A stretch of DNA of 64,000 nucleotides, from positions 7,998,001-8,062,000 of the forward strand of contig OX597837.1 in assembly GCA_951406725.2 (NCBI GenBank). The letters run 5' to 3'. This document shows, piece by piece, positions 28,460 through 44,392 of this stretch. Position 1 is the first letter of the stretch, and each line of letters starts with the position of its first letter. A program made the position numbers and the translations under genes. This stretch comes from Octopus vulgaris. Its lineage: Eukaryota. The notes under the pieces were generated by a model that saw nothing but the letters and a program-made list of their open reading frames with translations, ran no database searches and was not told the DNA's origin.

Positions 28460-29036
28460 GGATCACATGGGTTTGGCCGGTTTCCTGGTTCCTGTGACCT
28501 TTGCAGTCGTGGCTAAAAGTTTGGAACATTTAAAAAAAAAATTAAAATTGTTATGTCCAAGTACAATTTGATTCAAATATATACAATATCCAATATCTGA
28601 TCCAATGGTTCAATATCTAGAAGAAAATATTTTCAGACCCATGTTCCAAATTTTTGACCTAGTAATAATGTAATGCAAATTAAATATAACTTTGGGCATT
28701 AATTTAAAAATTCTAATTTTCTAATCTATGCTCCAAACTTTTGGCCATGTAATAATATATTGCAAATTGAATATAACTTTGGGCATTTTATAATATAAAT
28801 TCTAACTTTGAGGCCTATGTTCCAAACTTTTGGCCACAGCTGTACATTCCCACTGGACGGAACGCCAGCCCATCGTTGGATTTTTCACTTTTGCTTGCTG
28901 AGTGGACTGGAGCAACGTGAAATGAAGTGTTTTGCGCAAGAAAACGACTCATCACCCGGTCCCGGTCCAGGATTTGAAACCACAATATTACGACAATGAG
29001 ACCGATAGCTTTGACACTAAACCACGCGCCTTCACC
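28460..29036 (-). mobile_element. Old tRNA/CORE SINE interrupted by a Tc1 MITE
   Basis: Head at 28960-29036 (ggatttgaaacc), CORE-like ggactggagcaacgtgaaatgaagtg, tail ccggtttcctggtt shared with the 44620 SINE. Confidence 0.6.
28504..28842. mobile_element. Tc1-like MITE with repeated transposase-binding units
   Basis: TIRs cagtcgtggctaaaagtttggaaca / tgttccaaacttttggccacagctg followed by TA; the TIR core recurs near 28641 and 28728. Confidence 0.75.
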
Positions 29037-29737
29037 AGAAGTAAAGACCCTGTACCTGAATCAAAAACCGTTAAATAAACAAGACACTTCGACTGCTGTT
29101 TAGCAATGAAACTGTATGAGAAAGATAACAAACATTTACAAGAAATTTTAGATTATGATAACAAATTTAAATAAATTTTTAGAGATTTTTAAAAAAAGAT
29201 ATCTTAGTCAGCGTTACTTTGGACGACGATAACCAGTTTAAATTAAAATATAAAAACTAAATTTACATCAGTTACGAAACAAAATACCAATACAGATTTG
29301 TAATTCTTGTGGAATATACAAAGTTGATTGGATTCAGAATTAAATTAATGCTAAGATACTAAGTTAATTCATATCCGGACTAAATTAATTGAAATCTTCC
29401 ACCAAATTCATTGAAAAGACCAGTTTAAATGATTGCTTACCGTGGTAAGTCTCCAGATTAATAATTCTTGAGGAATACGATAGGTTCACTGAAATTACAT
29501 TGAAATTAAACGAAAGATACTAAATTAATTGAAATCTGTATCAAATTAATTTCGCAAGGCCAGTTACAGTGTAGGCTTATCGCGACTCATTTCTATAGTT
29601 CAGTTGAACCGGAAGACGAGTTGATGAAAGGGGGAGTAAATAGTCATTTAAAAAAAATTATACAGCAGATTTGTATAATTAAATTGTTCAAATTTAGTAT
29701 GAGATGAGAAATATAATTAAATATATGTATAATGACT

Positions 29738-29799
<62 letters not shown>

Positions 29800-29804
<5 letters not shown>

Positions 29805-29985
29805 ACATACGCAATTTTCGTATGGTTTTTTGGACATTCACTAGTACAACACTAAGTACAAAGCCAAATATATATGGCACCCTAGGCATAACACCAACAT
29901 GAACTTCCAACTTGTTGTCTCTTGAGGTCTCTGGGTGAGACTTGGAGCCAACTTGTACAAATGTAAAGCAAAAGCCAAACATAGA
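29800..29985 (+). mobile_element. (AAT)n-flanked insert, probably a Dong/R4-type 3' UTR
   Basis: Unique 185 bp between (AAT)n tracts, same context as 12830-13360; no coding motif seen. Confidence 0.4.
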
Positions 29986-29992
29986 ATAATAA

Positions 29993-30046
<54 letters not shown>

Positions 30047-30093
30047 TGATGATGATGATGCTGATGATGATGATAATGATAATAATAATGATA

Positions 30094-30124
<31 letters not shown>

Positions 30125-30331
30125 TGATGATAATAATAATGATGATGATGATGATGATGATGAGGATGAGGATGAGGATGAGGATGATGATGATGATGAT
30201 GATGATGATAATAAAAGATGGATTCTTTGGGGTTTGAATAATTCACCTCTGGAAACATGGGTGTTTCGTTCAACATCCTTAAACAACCCTTATTCAGGGA
30301 CCTTTTGAGCGGGATGAGTTACTCGACCAGA

Positions 30332-31088
<757 letters not shown>

Positions 31089-31265
31089 ACAGGTAAAAAA
31101 ATGTATGTTAAAGCGCTACTGTTAGTTTCATATGTTGAGAGAACTCAAACATATTCTTCAGGCGCAAACCACTTATAACGAACTAAAAAATTGAATAAGT
31201 AGAAATGCGATGAAACTGAGAAGTCAGCATATAGAAAACGTTGACAATACATCATATATATATAT

Positions 31266-31661
31266 GTGGCTGTGTGGTAAGTAGCTTGCTAACCAACCAC
31301 ATGGTTCTGGGTTCAGTCCCACTGCGTGGCATCTTGGGCAAGTGTCTTCTGCTATAGCCCCGGGCCGACCAATGCCTTGTGAGTGGATTTGGTAGACGAA
31401 AACTGAAAGAAGCCTGTCGTATATGTGTATATATATATATGTGTGTGTATGTGTTTGTGTGTCTGTGTTTGTCCCCCTAGCATTGCTTGACAACCGATGC
31501 TGGTGTGTTTACGTCCCCGTAACTTAGCGGTTCGGCAAAAGAACCGATAGAATAAGTACTGGGCTTACAAAGAATAAGTCCCGGGGTCGATTTGCTCGAC
31601 TAAAGGCGGTGCTCCAGCATGGCCGCAGTCAAATGACTGAAACAAGTAAAAGAGTAAAGAG
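31266..31661 (+). mobile_element. SINE family A
   Basis: Matches 17610-18026. Confidence 0.92.
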
Positions 31662-31975
31662 TATATATGTATGACCAACAGCTTTTCTTACTCACCCGCT
31701 TTGCAACACGTCCTGAAGAAGGGATCATAGCCCCGAAATATAGAAATATAGGTTGTCTTTATGTAGTTTACGTTATATCTTCTCGCATGTTTCCCGGCCT
31801 CCCACAAGTCTCATTAATGTAATATCACACAATAATTCAGCAAAACTACTTCATTTTAAAATACACACACACACACACAGACACTCATGCACACATAAGT
31901 ATATATATGATATAAATATTGCGCATGTATTACATATGTATAATCTCTCTCTGTCTCTCTCTCTGTCTCTCTCTC

Positions 31976-32375
<400 letters not shown>

Positions 32376-32774
32376 GTTTGTTTCTCTGTGTGTGTATCTG
32401 TGTTTGGTATAGTGTACATGGAAAATTAGAAAAACGTCCGTATGATATTTACGTGTGTATAAGCATGTATGTGTACGTTTCTAAGTGGTTATATATGTAA
32501 ATGTTGGTACAGAACCAACGACGAAAGCAAGATTAATTTAATTGCCGGTGTTAGACGACTTTATTGTGCCCGAGTGAACGGCGATTATATATAAATATTT
32601 CACATAGATATACATTAATAAATATTCAAATGCCTATATATATGATATAATATATCTGATGTAAGAAAATTTCACCTATTTTTGATTTGTATCATATGAT
32701 ATATACACACATATACATATATATTTAATATATATTAACATATATGGAAAGTATACGTGTAATAATTATATATC

Positions 32775-32851
<77 letters not shown>

Positions 32852-32910
32852 TTGGTAGACGGAAACTGAAAGAAGCCCGTCATATATATATGTATATATA
32901 TATATATATG

Positions 32911-33277
32911 AATCAATCTATTGCATTTCAATCTCTTTTAGGGTTAGGGTTAGTTAGGGTTCGGGTTAGGGTTAGGGGTGGGGGGAAGGGTATCTTTTTT
33001 TCTTCACAAATGTAAATAAACCCAATCTGTTTCTTAAACGAGGGACATATTCATACGGCACAGAATGTTTTTTTTACCTCAATGGACGTCATTGATTGGC
33101 TGAAATTGCAGAAATTGAAGAAAAAAACAACAAATATCTTACAAAGTATAGAATTTTCTCAATAAAGCCAAGAGAAAAAGATGTTTTATAAGCACATTCT
33201 ACCAGCGTACGAAGTTTAAAATTTTTTTAGTTACCTAGAAATTATGTTAAAAACTGCCGTTCAAACCGAAAATATCC
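32911..33277. mobile_element. Second, inverted and one-end-truncated copy of the 4795-5205 MITE
   Basis: Reverse-complement homology to 4795-5130; TIR aaactgccgttcaaaccgaaaatatcc; internal TTAGGG tract. Confidence 0.88.
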
Positions 33278-33940
33278 AAATCGCATATAATATGTACTGA
33301 TATACCAAACTCCATCGCAATGTCACTGTAAACACACTCTGCACTGTAAAGTGAATTAAACTCTATTACATACTACGCAAATATCTTTAACTCATCTACA
33401 AGAAATTCACAATTTACAGAAGATACATTTCCCCCTGGCTTGTAACCCGTGTTAACTTTCCTCAGCAGCAATGAATTAGAAATGAGCGTGATGATAAAGC
33501 ACAAGGGGAAGAAAGAGACACCTTGTATGATATTTCTTTTAATATTTACACTTCTCTGCAAATCTACTTTCCAGGCACAAGTCCGTTATCCAGAGCATTA
33601 TACCAGCACTAACAATGTTGCTAAAGTTTAGAGCTATTGGGATTATTCTATATTAACCCACCATACAAACGTGTTATGTCCACTTTTGCGTTAATTTCAA
33701 AACTGCCCCTCGCATATCTTCCTTTAAATTATGTGTTGATACACAAATTTGAAACGTGTTGACGCAAGAGTCCAAAGGATCTTACTACCTACGTGTCTTT
33801 GTAGTTTGTATGTATGCGTGTTTAAGCACTATACACAAACACATTCGCACACAAACACACACTCACATGTATGTATGGATGTATATATATATATATATAT
33901 ATACATACATATATATATAATTGCACATATGTATGTATAC

Positions 33941-33977
<37 letters not shown>

Positions 33978-34031
33978 CAAATATATACGTATATATATAT
34001 ACATACATGTATATTTATATATATGCATATA

Positions 34032-34096
<65 letters not shown>

Positions 34097-34214
34097 GTGT
34101 GCGTATTATATACATGCATGAGATCTATGTATTTATGTATTTATTCATCTATATATGTTTCTAGTTTTCTATCTTATTCCATGCATACATACATAAATAC
34201 ATACACACACACAG

Positions 34215-34249
<35 letters not shown>

Positions 34250-34648
34250 TTACCGATGCTATATACTTACTGTGTGTGTTTTGTTTAAACGCTTATTATT
34301 AACTGCGGAAATGGGTTCAGGGAAAGTTCCTCTAATTTATAAGAACACTGAATACCCTCAAAACCTGGCGAAACGAATCCAAATCGCTTGTCTGAGGTAT
34401 ATATGGGGACAACGTAGAATCTATATACTGACGTGAAAATCCGCTGCACGTATAGAAATAAAATTCAGTTTTGAAATAAGAAGCATGTGTAAAGAGGTAA
34501 ATATTACCGTTTGTTTAAACGCTTACATATGTATGTGTGTATGTATGTATGTATGTATGTATGTATGTATGTATGTATGTATGTATGTATGTATGTATGT
34601 ATGTATGTATGTATGTATATATGTATGTTTGTATGTACATGTGTGTGT

Positions 34649-34684
<36 letters not shown>

Positions 34685-34816
34685 TATTACACATTAACAC
34701 AAAAGCCTATACAAGACATACATACATACATATATACACACGTATATAAATTGCCTTTCATACATATATACTGAAGCATACTCGTATACAGTCTCACAAA
34801 CTCACAAGACTTGTAA

Positions 34817-34859
<43 letters not shown>

Positions 34860-34864
34860 GTGTG

Positions 34865-34943
<79 letters not shown>

Positions 34944-35814
34944 ATGTTACGTATGCATATACATATATACTTGTGTACGTATATACATAGAAAACATACA
35001 TATATATGTAGATACATTTATATGTATATATATATATATGTATGTATATGTATAAATATGCATATAGATATGTTAGCGTGTATGTATATACATACAAACA
35101 CACATATATAGGTATACATACGTATATATACATATATACACACACATGCATACATACAACCATCCACATCCTCTTCATACATTGTATGTACACTCATACG
35201 CTCTACATATCCGTATAACTTACTATACACCCTGAAAAAGACAATGGCGACTCGCAGAAAACAAAAGCGCGAACGTGATGCGAGCTAATGAAGAGACAAT
35301 CTCCCTCGGTTCTAAATACCTGCTCTGATTTGCGCTAATCACAGACCGGGTTCCTATTGATGAGGAATGGTAAAATGCCACCTGGAAGCAAGTGATCCGA
35401 TATATCTGAAAAATGGTATGCATCGGAAGGTGTTTGACAAGGAATAATTATAAATTAGGTGCAAAGACATTACAATAAATCATGGAATTAGCTGAAGGCG
35501 TTTTTCAGATTAGAAAGGGAAGAAAGAAAAAATATATATATATACACAGCAATAAAGAAAGATCATAACTGACGTACTTATACATACGCATGCGCACAGA
35601 CACACATACGTATACATATTTGAATGCATATATCCATCCATATATGCATATATATATTCATGTATGTATACTGTATACGAGTATGCTTCAGTATATATGT
35701 ATGAAAGGCAATTTATATACGTGTGTGTATATGTATGTATGTACGTCTTGTATATGCTTTTGTGTTAGTGTGTAATGTGATATATATATATATCTACACA
35801 CACGCACACACACG

Positions 35815-35881
<67 letters not shown>

Positions 35882-37265
35882 GCAAACATGTATATATAAA
35901 CATATGTATATATATAAATGCATGTGTGTATATATATATGTATGTATGTAGGAATGTTCACACACAAAGTCAGACATATACATATGCGATACAATTGCAT
36001 TTATACACAATTCTTATATGCATATGTGTATGTGTATAGGTTTTTGTATCTGTTTATGTACGTATATACGGCTATATATATATTATATGGAAATGTGTGT
36101 GTATGTATATATCATAAGTATATAATCATACGCATGTTATGTATGTAGGCGTCTAAATATAACACACACACATACACACACATACACGCACATACACACA
36201 TACACACACATACACGCACATACACACATACACACACATACACGCACATACACACATACATATATGCAGTTATTCATGTTTTATATGCATATGCATGTGT
36301 GTATATATATGTGTATATATATATATACATATATATACATGTATATATAAGTATCTACGTACTAACCTACCTATGTATGTATTTATGTATATGTATATAT
36401 ATATGTATATATATATACATATATATATATATGTATATATATATGTATATATATATATACATATATGTATATATACATATATGTATATATATATATATGC
36501 ATATTTATACATACATATATGTATATATATATATATATATATACAAACATATATGTGTATATATATATATGTTTTTATATATATGTATATGTATATATAT
36601 ACATATATGTATATATAATGTATGTATATATATACATATATATGTGTATACATATATATGTATATATATGTATATACATATACATATATATGTATGAATA
36701 TATATACATATATGCATGTATATATATATATATACGTACATGTGTATATGCACAACACACACACACACATATATATACATACATACATACATACATACAT
36801 ACATACATACACACGTATATATACAGACATATACATAGATACATACATTACTTACAGACGTTCCTGCTTTTCATCTAATCTCCATATTACATAAAGCTTT
36901 GCCTTAACCCACCTAGTTCATTGTGCACCGTCGTAAAATCTTTACCTGGAAATGCATTTCTGTTGTAGGTTGAAAAACAAGAATATCAATGTCCGCCGGG
37001 CAGAGTTAACACTAATTACCGAGTCACACTGTGGAAACGAGGCTAACTAAACGTAAAGAAGGGGAATACTGCAGTGGTTTGCTGTCTGTGTGATGAAAAA
37101 GCCATGTGACTATAGAGTCACGTGTATATGTTTGCATAGATTCTTAGGTGTATATGTATACATAGATGCATACATACGTACATACGTATACATACACACA
37201 TACATGTGGATATGTGTATATATATATACATACATATACATAATATGCAGATATATAAATATATA

Positions 37266-37318
<53 letters not shown>

Positions 37319-37373
37319 ATATGCGTATACATACATGCACATATACAGATATATATATATATACATACATACA

Positions 37374-37409
<36 letters not shown>

Positions 37410-37490
37410 TATAGCTGTTTATATATATATTCAAATATATATGTCCTTGCATTCTCTACCTATCTATCTGCCTATTATCTATCTAGTTAG

Positions 37491-37537
<47 letters not shown>

Positions 37538-37675
37538 TTTCATTCTATCTATTTACCTATCTGTCTGTCTCTGTCTGTCTGTCTTTCTGTCTGTCTCTCT
37601 CTCGCTCTCTGTATATATACATAGGTTTGCAGTCATGCACCCATTCATGCGCCCACATACATAAAAGCAGTTACA

Positions 37676-37727
<52 letters not shown>

Positions 37728-37989
37728 TACTCATATACATGCATATAACCACCGTTACTTATCTCTGAGGTCATCTCTAGCTTCAACCTCTTCATAATCC
37801 ACAGATTTTATTTGTCCACATCGATGTGCTTTGTTTGCATATGCATTAAATATGATTTGATAATGTTAGCCGGCGAAAGTATTATGGCTCGCTTACGTAA
37901 TAGATGCTTCTGCAAACATCTACATTTCTCCAACGTTTCTGATCTATTGTTCAAATAGGGAACGGAGAGGTCAAGCACCCGTAAGTTTC

Positions 37990-38385
37990 GCGTGATCATA
38001 GACATACGTCCGGGATATCTTGTTTATTGTTGGCAGAACAGAATCTGTTGTGTTTGAAGAGAATCGTGTGTGAGTGACTGGCCTGGTTGCACTGACCGCA
38101 CTTAAAGGCGATGTCCTGGAACTATTTTCTCATCGCTTCTTCATCCCTTCAGGAAGTCTCACCCGTTCCTCTCGTGCTTGTAAACCCTTGTCTTCAGTGA
38201 GGGTGACCATCAGCAATGTCTTCCCATTTTTCAACATTCATATGAAGCGACTTCATGTCGCTCGGTGATGTGGTCGTCCCTGTGTTCTCTAACAGGAATC
38301 CTGTTCCCCATATAGTAGGTGTTTTGGGATCCCCACCACTTGATATACGGTGTCCATGGTCCATCCAACATTGTTGCATGAGGTC
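37990..38385 (-). mobile_element. Decayed 3' fragment of an RTE (BovB-like) LINE
   Basis: Minus strand with frameshifts: PKHLLYGE...DMKSLHMNVEKWEDIA...FKCGQCNQASHSHTILFKHNRFC (terminal zinc-finger-like motif). Confidence 0.7.
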
Positions 38386-38518
38386 GGGTAGCTTCGTGAG
38401 AGACCGAACTTTGTCGATTGTATTAAGTCATCCCATAAATAATGCGGCTTTTTTATACTTCATTTATTTTTCAAAAGTAAGATAAACGAAGTTCTTTTTT
38501 AATCTAAAAAAATATATA

Positions 38519-38567
<49 letters not shown>

Positions 38568-39741
38568 GTATATATATATATATATATATGCATATATATA
38601 TATATGTGTGTGTTTGTGTGTATGTGTGCATATATATTTATATCTACACACACACGTATATATATATACATATTACTGTAAATATTTGCATTGAATGCTA
38701 TGTAATATTTTATGTGTGTATGAGTGTATACATACATGTATCTTTTCAAACTCATGGACATACACGCATGCACACATACACACACACAGAAACACACATA
38801 CACACAAATACATTCACGCATACACGTACTCACACATACATATATACTGCAAGATTGATAAAATAATTAAGAGGGAATCAACATTGCGTAGGATAAATAC
38901 ACGTACATAAACACAGTACAAAATGGTCATAATTTTGCTACTTTAAGTTTCACCTAACAGAATTACAAAATTCTAATAATAATAACTGTTATTTGAAATT
39001 CCATCGATCTCCAGGTGAAAAAAAATGTGAATTTCGAAAGCATTTGTATAGCACCATCTATGCGCATAATTTCAGAACCTATAGTCATTATCTTAAGCTT
39101 TATCTTCTCTATATTATGCAATGTAAGTGAAATAAATTTTATTTTGCGCAATAAAATCATCATCCTTCATTTACTCGCAAAATATATCCATACGTTTGTT
39201 CTTTTAAAAAAACCTTAAACTGTTGACTAACGGTAAATTATGATTGAATGAATATCGTAAATACAGCAAATGGTAAAAATCCATTAAATATAAATAAATA
39301 TAATAAAAACTTCGTTCATAAACGAACACACTAAATTTCGATGATATTAAAAATAAATGTTTCTATATAATTCACGAGTACATAACGTTGTGGTTAATTA
39401 TGTATGAAATAATATACTAAATGGTAAACAGTATTTCAAAATAAACAGTTCAGAGACGTGAAAAAAGAATTTCTCATAGAATACGTGCGTAAACAAAGAG
39501 GTAATGCTGTGTCTAGATATTATAGTTTCACGGCTGGAGTGATAGAGTTTGTAGGTTTAATTATGTAAGGAAGAGGTTTGCAAAAGGTCTGTTTGGTTCG
39601 GTATCTTATTTTGCAATTCAATTAGGTGAAACTTAACGTAGCGAAACCGATTACAGAGTTTTGTATTGTATCAATACATACAACGATATCCACACATATG
39701 TGTGTGGGTTTAGCTGTGTATGGACGTATATATATACATAC

Positions 39742-39790
<49 letters not shown>

Positions 39791-39811
39791 CGTATATATG
39801 AATATATTTAA

Positions 39812-39855
<44 letters not shown>

Positions 39856-40144
39856 TTAAATATATGAATATATTTAAGTATATATGAATATATATATTTT
39901 CATATTCACATACATGTATATATTTGTACATGTATATAAAATTTAGATGTATATATACATATATATGTACGGATGCACATATGTATATATATACATATAA
40001 ATGGATATTTGTAAAAAATATGAATATGAGCGTATTCGTATGTGTGTGTGTGTATGCTTGTGAGTGCGTGTGTGCATATATATATGCATAGATATATAAA
40101 TATATACACACATATATATATATGTATATACATACATACTTACG

Positions 40145-40213
<69 letters not shown>

Positions 40214-40248
40214 GCGTACATAGATGTATGCATACATACATACTTACG

Positions 40249-40321
<73 letters not shown>

Positions 40322-40899
40322 GCGTAAATAGATGTATGCATACATACATATATTCATACATACACACACGTGTACGTTCATTTCAATAATAACCTATGGG
40401 TGTGTAGCTTCTGTGTGAATTTTTCTGTTTGTATGTTTATATATAGATGTGTGTGTGTGTGTGTGAACTTGTGCTTGTGTATGTGTGTGTGTGTGTTCAT
40501 ATGTACCCACATATTCCTCTGTGTGTGCGTATATGCAGTCCCTAGGTATGTGTCTGTTTCTGTATACATTAATAGTTATGCGTAGATATCAAAATTAGTT
40601 TGGTATATTCAGTAAAAGACCATTACATACACTCACGCATGCACGCACTCTCTCACACAGACAAAGACACACATATACACATATATATATACTGACACCG
40701 ACACCTATTGATTTCTGTTGCTAAGGAACGAGAGTTATGATTTTTTAAAGAGCGAGAATGAGAGAGAACGTGAAAAAAAGTGTAGAAGCGGAAAATGGAC
40801 AGTGTTAAATAGAAACACATATATCTACATAGATACATACACACACACAGAGACATATATATAAATACATATACACAAGCACACAACACAGACACACAC

Positions 40900-40931
<32 letters not shown>

Positions 40932-40993
40932 ACACATTCAGACATACATATATTTATATAAATACATACATATATATATATTTATATACATAC

Positions 40994-41083
<90 letters not shown>

Positions 41084-41538
41084 TAGAGAGATAGATAGAA
41101 GGAGAGAGATGTATAAAGGGGAGAAACACACAAATACCGTAAAAGATACATATAAACATATATCGTACACAGACATATATATACATATAATGATTCACAC
41201 ACAAACACATACATATATGCATACATAGATACATAGATACCCTGATATCACTCATGGATAGCGATACTTATAATATTATCTACAGAGTAAAGTATTGGTT
41301 GCGTGCAGACAATATGAAATTAAATCAACAATGTAACAGGAATTATATCATCAACCTCGTTAGCTTAACAGCTGTTTCGAGAATAGAAAGCAGTGTTCTC
41401 AGGACTGAGTGCTTGTGTAAGATTTTATTGCAGAAACAACCATAAAATGATGCCTCTGATTGCGTAATTCTTGTTCCCTTGTGATTATATCAATTTATAA
41501 TACACACACACATACACACACACATATAGATATATATA

Positions 41539-41663
41539 GGCGCAGGGGTGGCGGTGTCGTAAGAATCTTGCTTCCCAACCACATGTTTCCGGGTTCAGTC
41601 CCACTTCTAGTATAGCCTCTCGGGCCGACCAAAGCCTTGTGAGTGGATTTTCCAGACGTCGTA
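41539..41663 (+). mobile_element. SINE family A, deleted head fragment
   Basis: ggcgcaggggtggcggtg...gggttcagtcccac...gccttgtgagtggattt. Confidence 0.75.
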
Positions 41664-41959
41664 TATACATATTTGTCGACCGGTTTCGCTTTCGCTAATC
41701 ATGACATTAAAATTTATTTAAATACGTATTTTCTTATGAAAAAAAATTTGCTCATTTTGGATGTGGAGTTTATGAATGAATGATTCAAGAAGTAGAAAAA
41801 TTTAAAGAGAGGTAATTGATTATCGTTAATTGTTCATCTTCCGGTGGTGGAAGGAATATATATATATATATATTCACAAAAATTCAAAAACTATAGTGGG
41901 GAGAAATATGTACACTGATGGGTATGTAATCTTGAATTATATATATATATATATATATA

Positions 41960-42092
41960 AATTGTTATCGCCATATTAATATGGCATTCTTATAGATATA
42001 AGAATGCCATATTAATATGGCGATAAGAATTAATTTCCAGTAAACGCTGCCGTAATCTATTTTATAGAGACTTAGTAATTTTAATATTTCTA
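41960..42092. mobile_element. (TA)n-flanked hairpin plus tail insert
   Basis: 35-bp arms 41960-41994 and 41997-42031, then a tail to 42092. Confidence 0.65.
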
Positions 42093-42107
42093 TTATATAT
42101 ATATATA

Positions 42108-42245
42108 CTTTATTTAAAGCAGCAGAAAATTCAACAAAACATGTTTTGTTGAATTTTCTGCTGCTTTAAATAAAGCATATTACACTACCACTGGTATTTG
42201 AGTACTCTTTTTTTCCACCTTGTTTCACATTTATGTGTTTACTCC

Positions 42246-42247
<2 letters not shown>
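42108..42247 (+). mobile_element. Family P4 short fold-back
   Basis: Perfect 68-bp palindrome 42108-42175 plus tail to 42247; homologous to 48378-48651. Confidence 0.85.
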
Positions 42248-42324
<77 letters not shown>

Positions 42325-42791
42325 ATATATATATACATATATATACCTATATATATAAATTAATACATATGTACAGACATCAAGCAGGCGCTCACACTTC
42401 AATCTCACTCTCTTTCTCTCTCTCTCAAACACACACGCGCGCAAGTATACACACGTGCCTCATTATTAAGACTCGTTGAACAAAACCTATTGAGGTGAAA
42501 ATCGAGTAATTAGGGGAAAAAAAGCCGAAAAAAAAATCAGAATTTCAAATTTGGCTTGACCTAAGATTTGAAACTGTGATCGTCGGTTTCAAATTCAGCT
42601 ACCTGAATGCTACATATTAATAAAGTAGAATATTAGATAGTATATTAGAATGGATTAGGAGACATTTAATGGCTGTTGTATATGAATTATTACTGTACTG
42701 TGTCATGTCTGACCTTGTGTGACACACATAAAAAACTCATTAGATCACAGATAGATTATAAAGCGCTGTCTACTCATGTGTATGAGTGTTT

Positions 42792-42864
<73 letters not shown>

Positions 42865-42968
42865 CAATATTCATATGCATAGATACATATATACATCTAT
42901 GTATATACTGTATATATATGTAAATATACATATTAATATATATATACAGAGAGAGAGATATACATGCA

Positions 42969-43018
<50 letters not shown>

Positions 43019-43438
43019 TATATATTGTGTACATGTGTGTGTCCATATGTCCATGTATATTATACATGTAACATGTATATAAATGTTGTGTATATGAGCT
43101 CACATGCATATGTATGTACGTATGTATGTATGTATATATGTATGTATAAATGTATGTATGTATGTATGTATGTGTGTGTGTGGGTATTTCTTCGCACCGC
43201 TATCTATCTTTGTCGGTCTCTCATCTGTGTATGTATGTATATATATATATCTGTGCGCATGTGCGCATATGATTATATGCGTGGTGTTTGGTGTGTGGTG
43301 ATGTGGTGGTGCTGCGTGTGTGTGAGTGTAATATTTTGGTTATCCAGCCGTAAAATACACGAACCTCCACCCGTCAGAACAGCGCACTGGGGTCGATGTT
43401 ATCGACTTAATCCTTTTGTCTGTCCTTGTTTGTCCCTT

Positions 43439-43552
43439 CTCGAAACGTGAAATCCTCTTTCTTTCCTTTCCTTTCCTGAGCGTCCAATAACACACTACTT
43501 ATTCCATGTCCTCGCGTTGTTGTTTTTTTTACTTGCTTGTTCATGTCTGGAT

Positions 43553-43556
<4 letters not shown>
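43439..43556 (+). mobile_element. Family P3 truncated copy
   Basis: ctcgaaacgtgaaatcctc...cctcgcgttg...ggattaac followed by (TA)n; reverse complement of 17084-17195. Confidence 0.7.
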
Positions 43557-43595
<39 letters not shown>

Positions 43596-43597
<2 letters not shown>

Positions 43598-43771
43598 AGA
43601 AGTTGCAAAAAAAAACAAAACAAAAGACGACGACATGTGGTGTAGAAAATAAACAGGTGTATTAGTATAACGCTTGGGAATTGAAAAAGTCTTAAACGTT
43701 TCGAGTTTACGCTCTTCTGCAGAAAGGAACACAGAAAGAAACAAGGAGAGAAAAACAGGAGAGAAAAAAGG
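43596..43771 (-). mobile_element. Family P1 hammerhead-bearing insert in (TA)n
   Basis: 43691-43726 minus strand CUGCAGA-A-GAG(CGUAAA)CUC-GAAA-CGUU. Confidence 0.75.
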
Positions 43772-43783
43772 ATATATATATAT

Positions 43784-44076
43784 ATCACGTGATCACGTGA
43801 CCGACCAGACCATCAGATGTTGTTACACATCGCTGGTCACAATGCGTTCGCATTGTTTTAGCCTTCGAATGACGCCACCCCGCCCCCGCTGGCTAACCGA
43901 GCAGGCCAACAGAAGAAAGAGTGGTGAAGAAGTACAGCAGGGATCACAACCCCCCTGCCGGAGCCTCGTGGAGCTTTTAGGTGTTTTCGCCCAATAAACA
44001 CTCACAACGCCCGGTCTGGGAATCGAAACCGCGATCCTATGACCGCGAGTCCGCTGCCCTAACCACTAGGCCATTG

Positions 44077-44081
<5 letters not shown>
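43784..44081 (-). mobile_element. tRNA-derived SINE family D
   Basis: Minus-strand head aggcgcaatggcctagtggttagggcagcggactcgcgg...ggtttcgattccc; second copy at 51180-51449. Confidence 0.85.
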
Positions 44082-44163
<82 letters not shown>

Positions 44164-44172
44164 ATGTGTGTG

Positions 44173-44214
<42 letters not shown>

Positions 44215-44392
44215 ATATATATATATAAAGAGAGATATATTAAGCTAAATTGCTAATCGCTATATGAAGGATAATTTTGGAAGTCTACTTTTGCCAGCAT
44301 GTGTAAATATCAGAAAATATGTCTCGTATAATATTTATTATTTTACTTTTATTAAATTTCTCGTGGAACATACAAAATAATGATATAAATCT

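Noticed and set aside
35225-35520. Unique island with ATGGCG start-like context
   Set aside because: The frame closes quickly; no convincing splice sites or protein motif.
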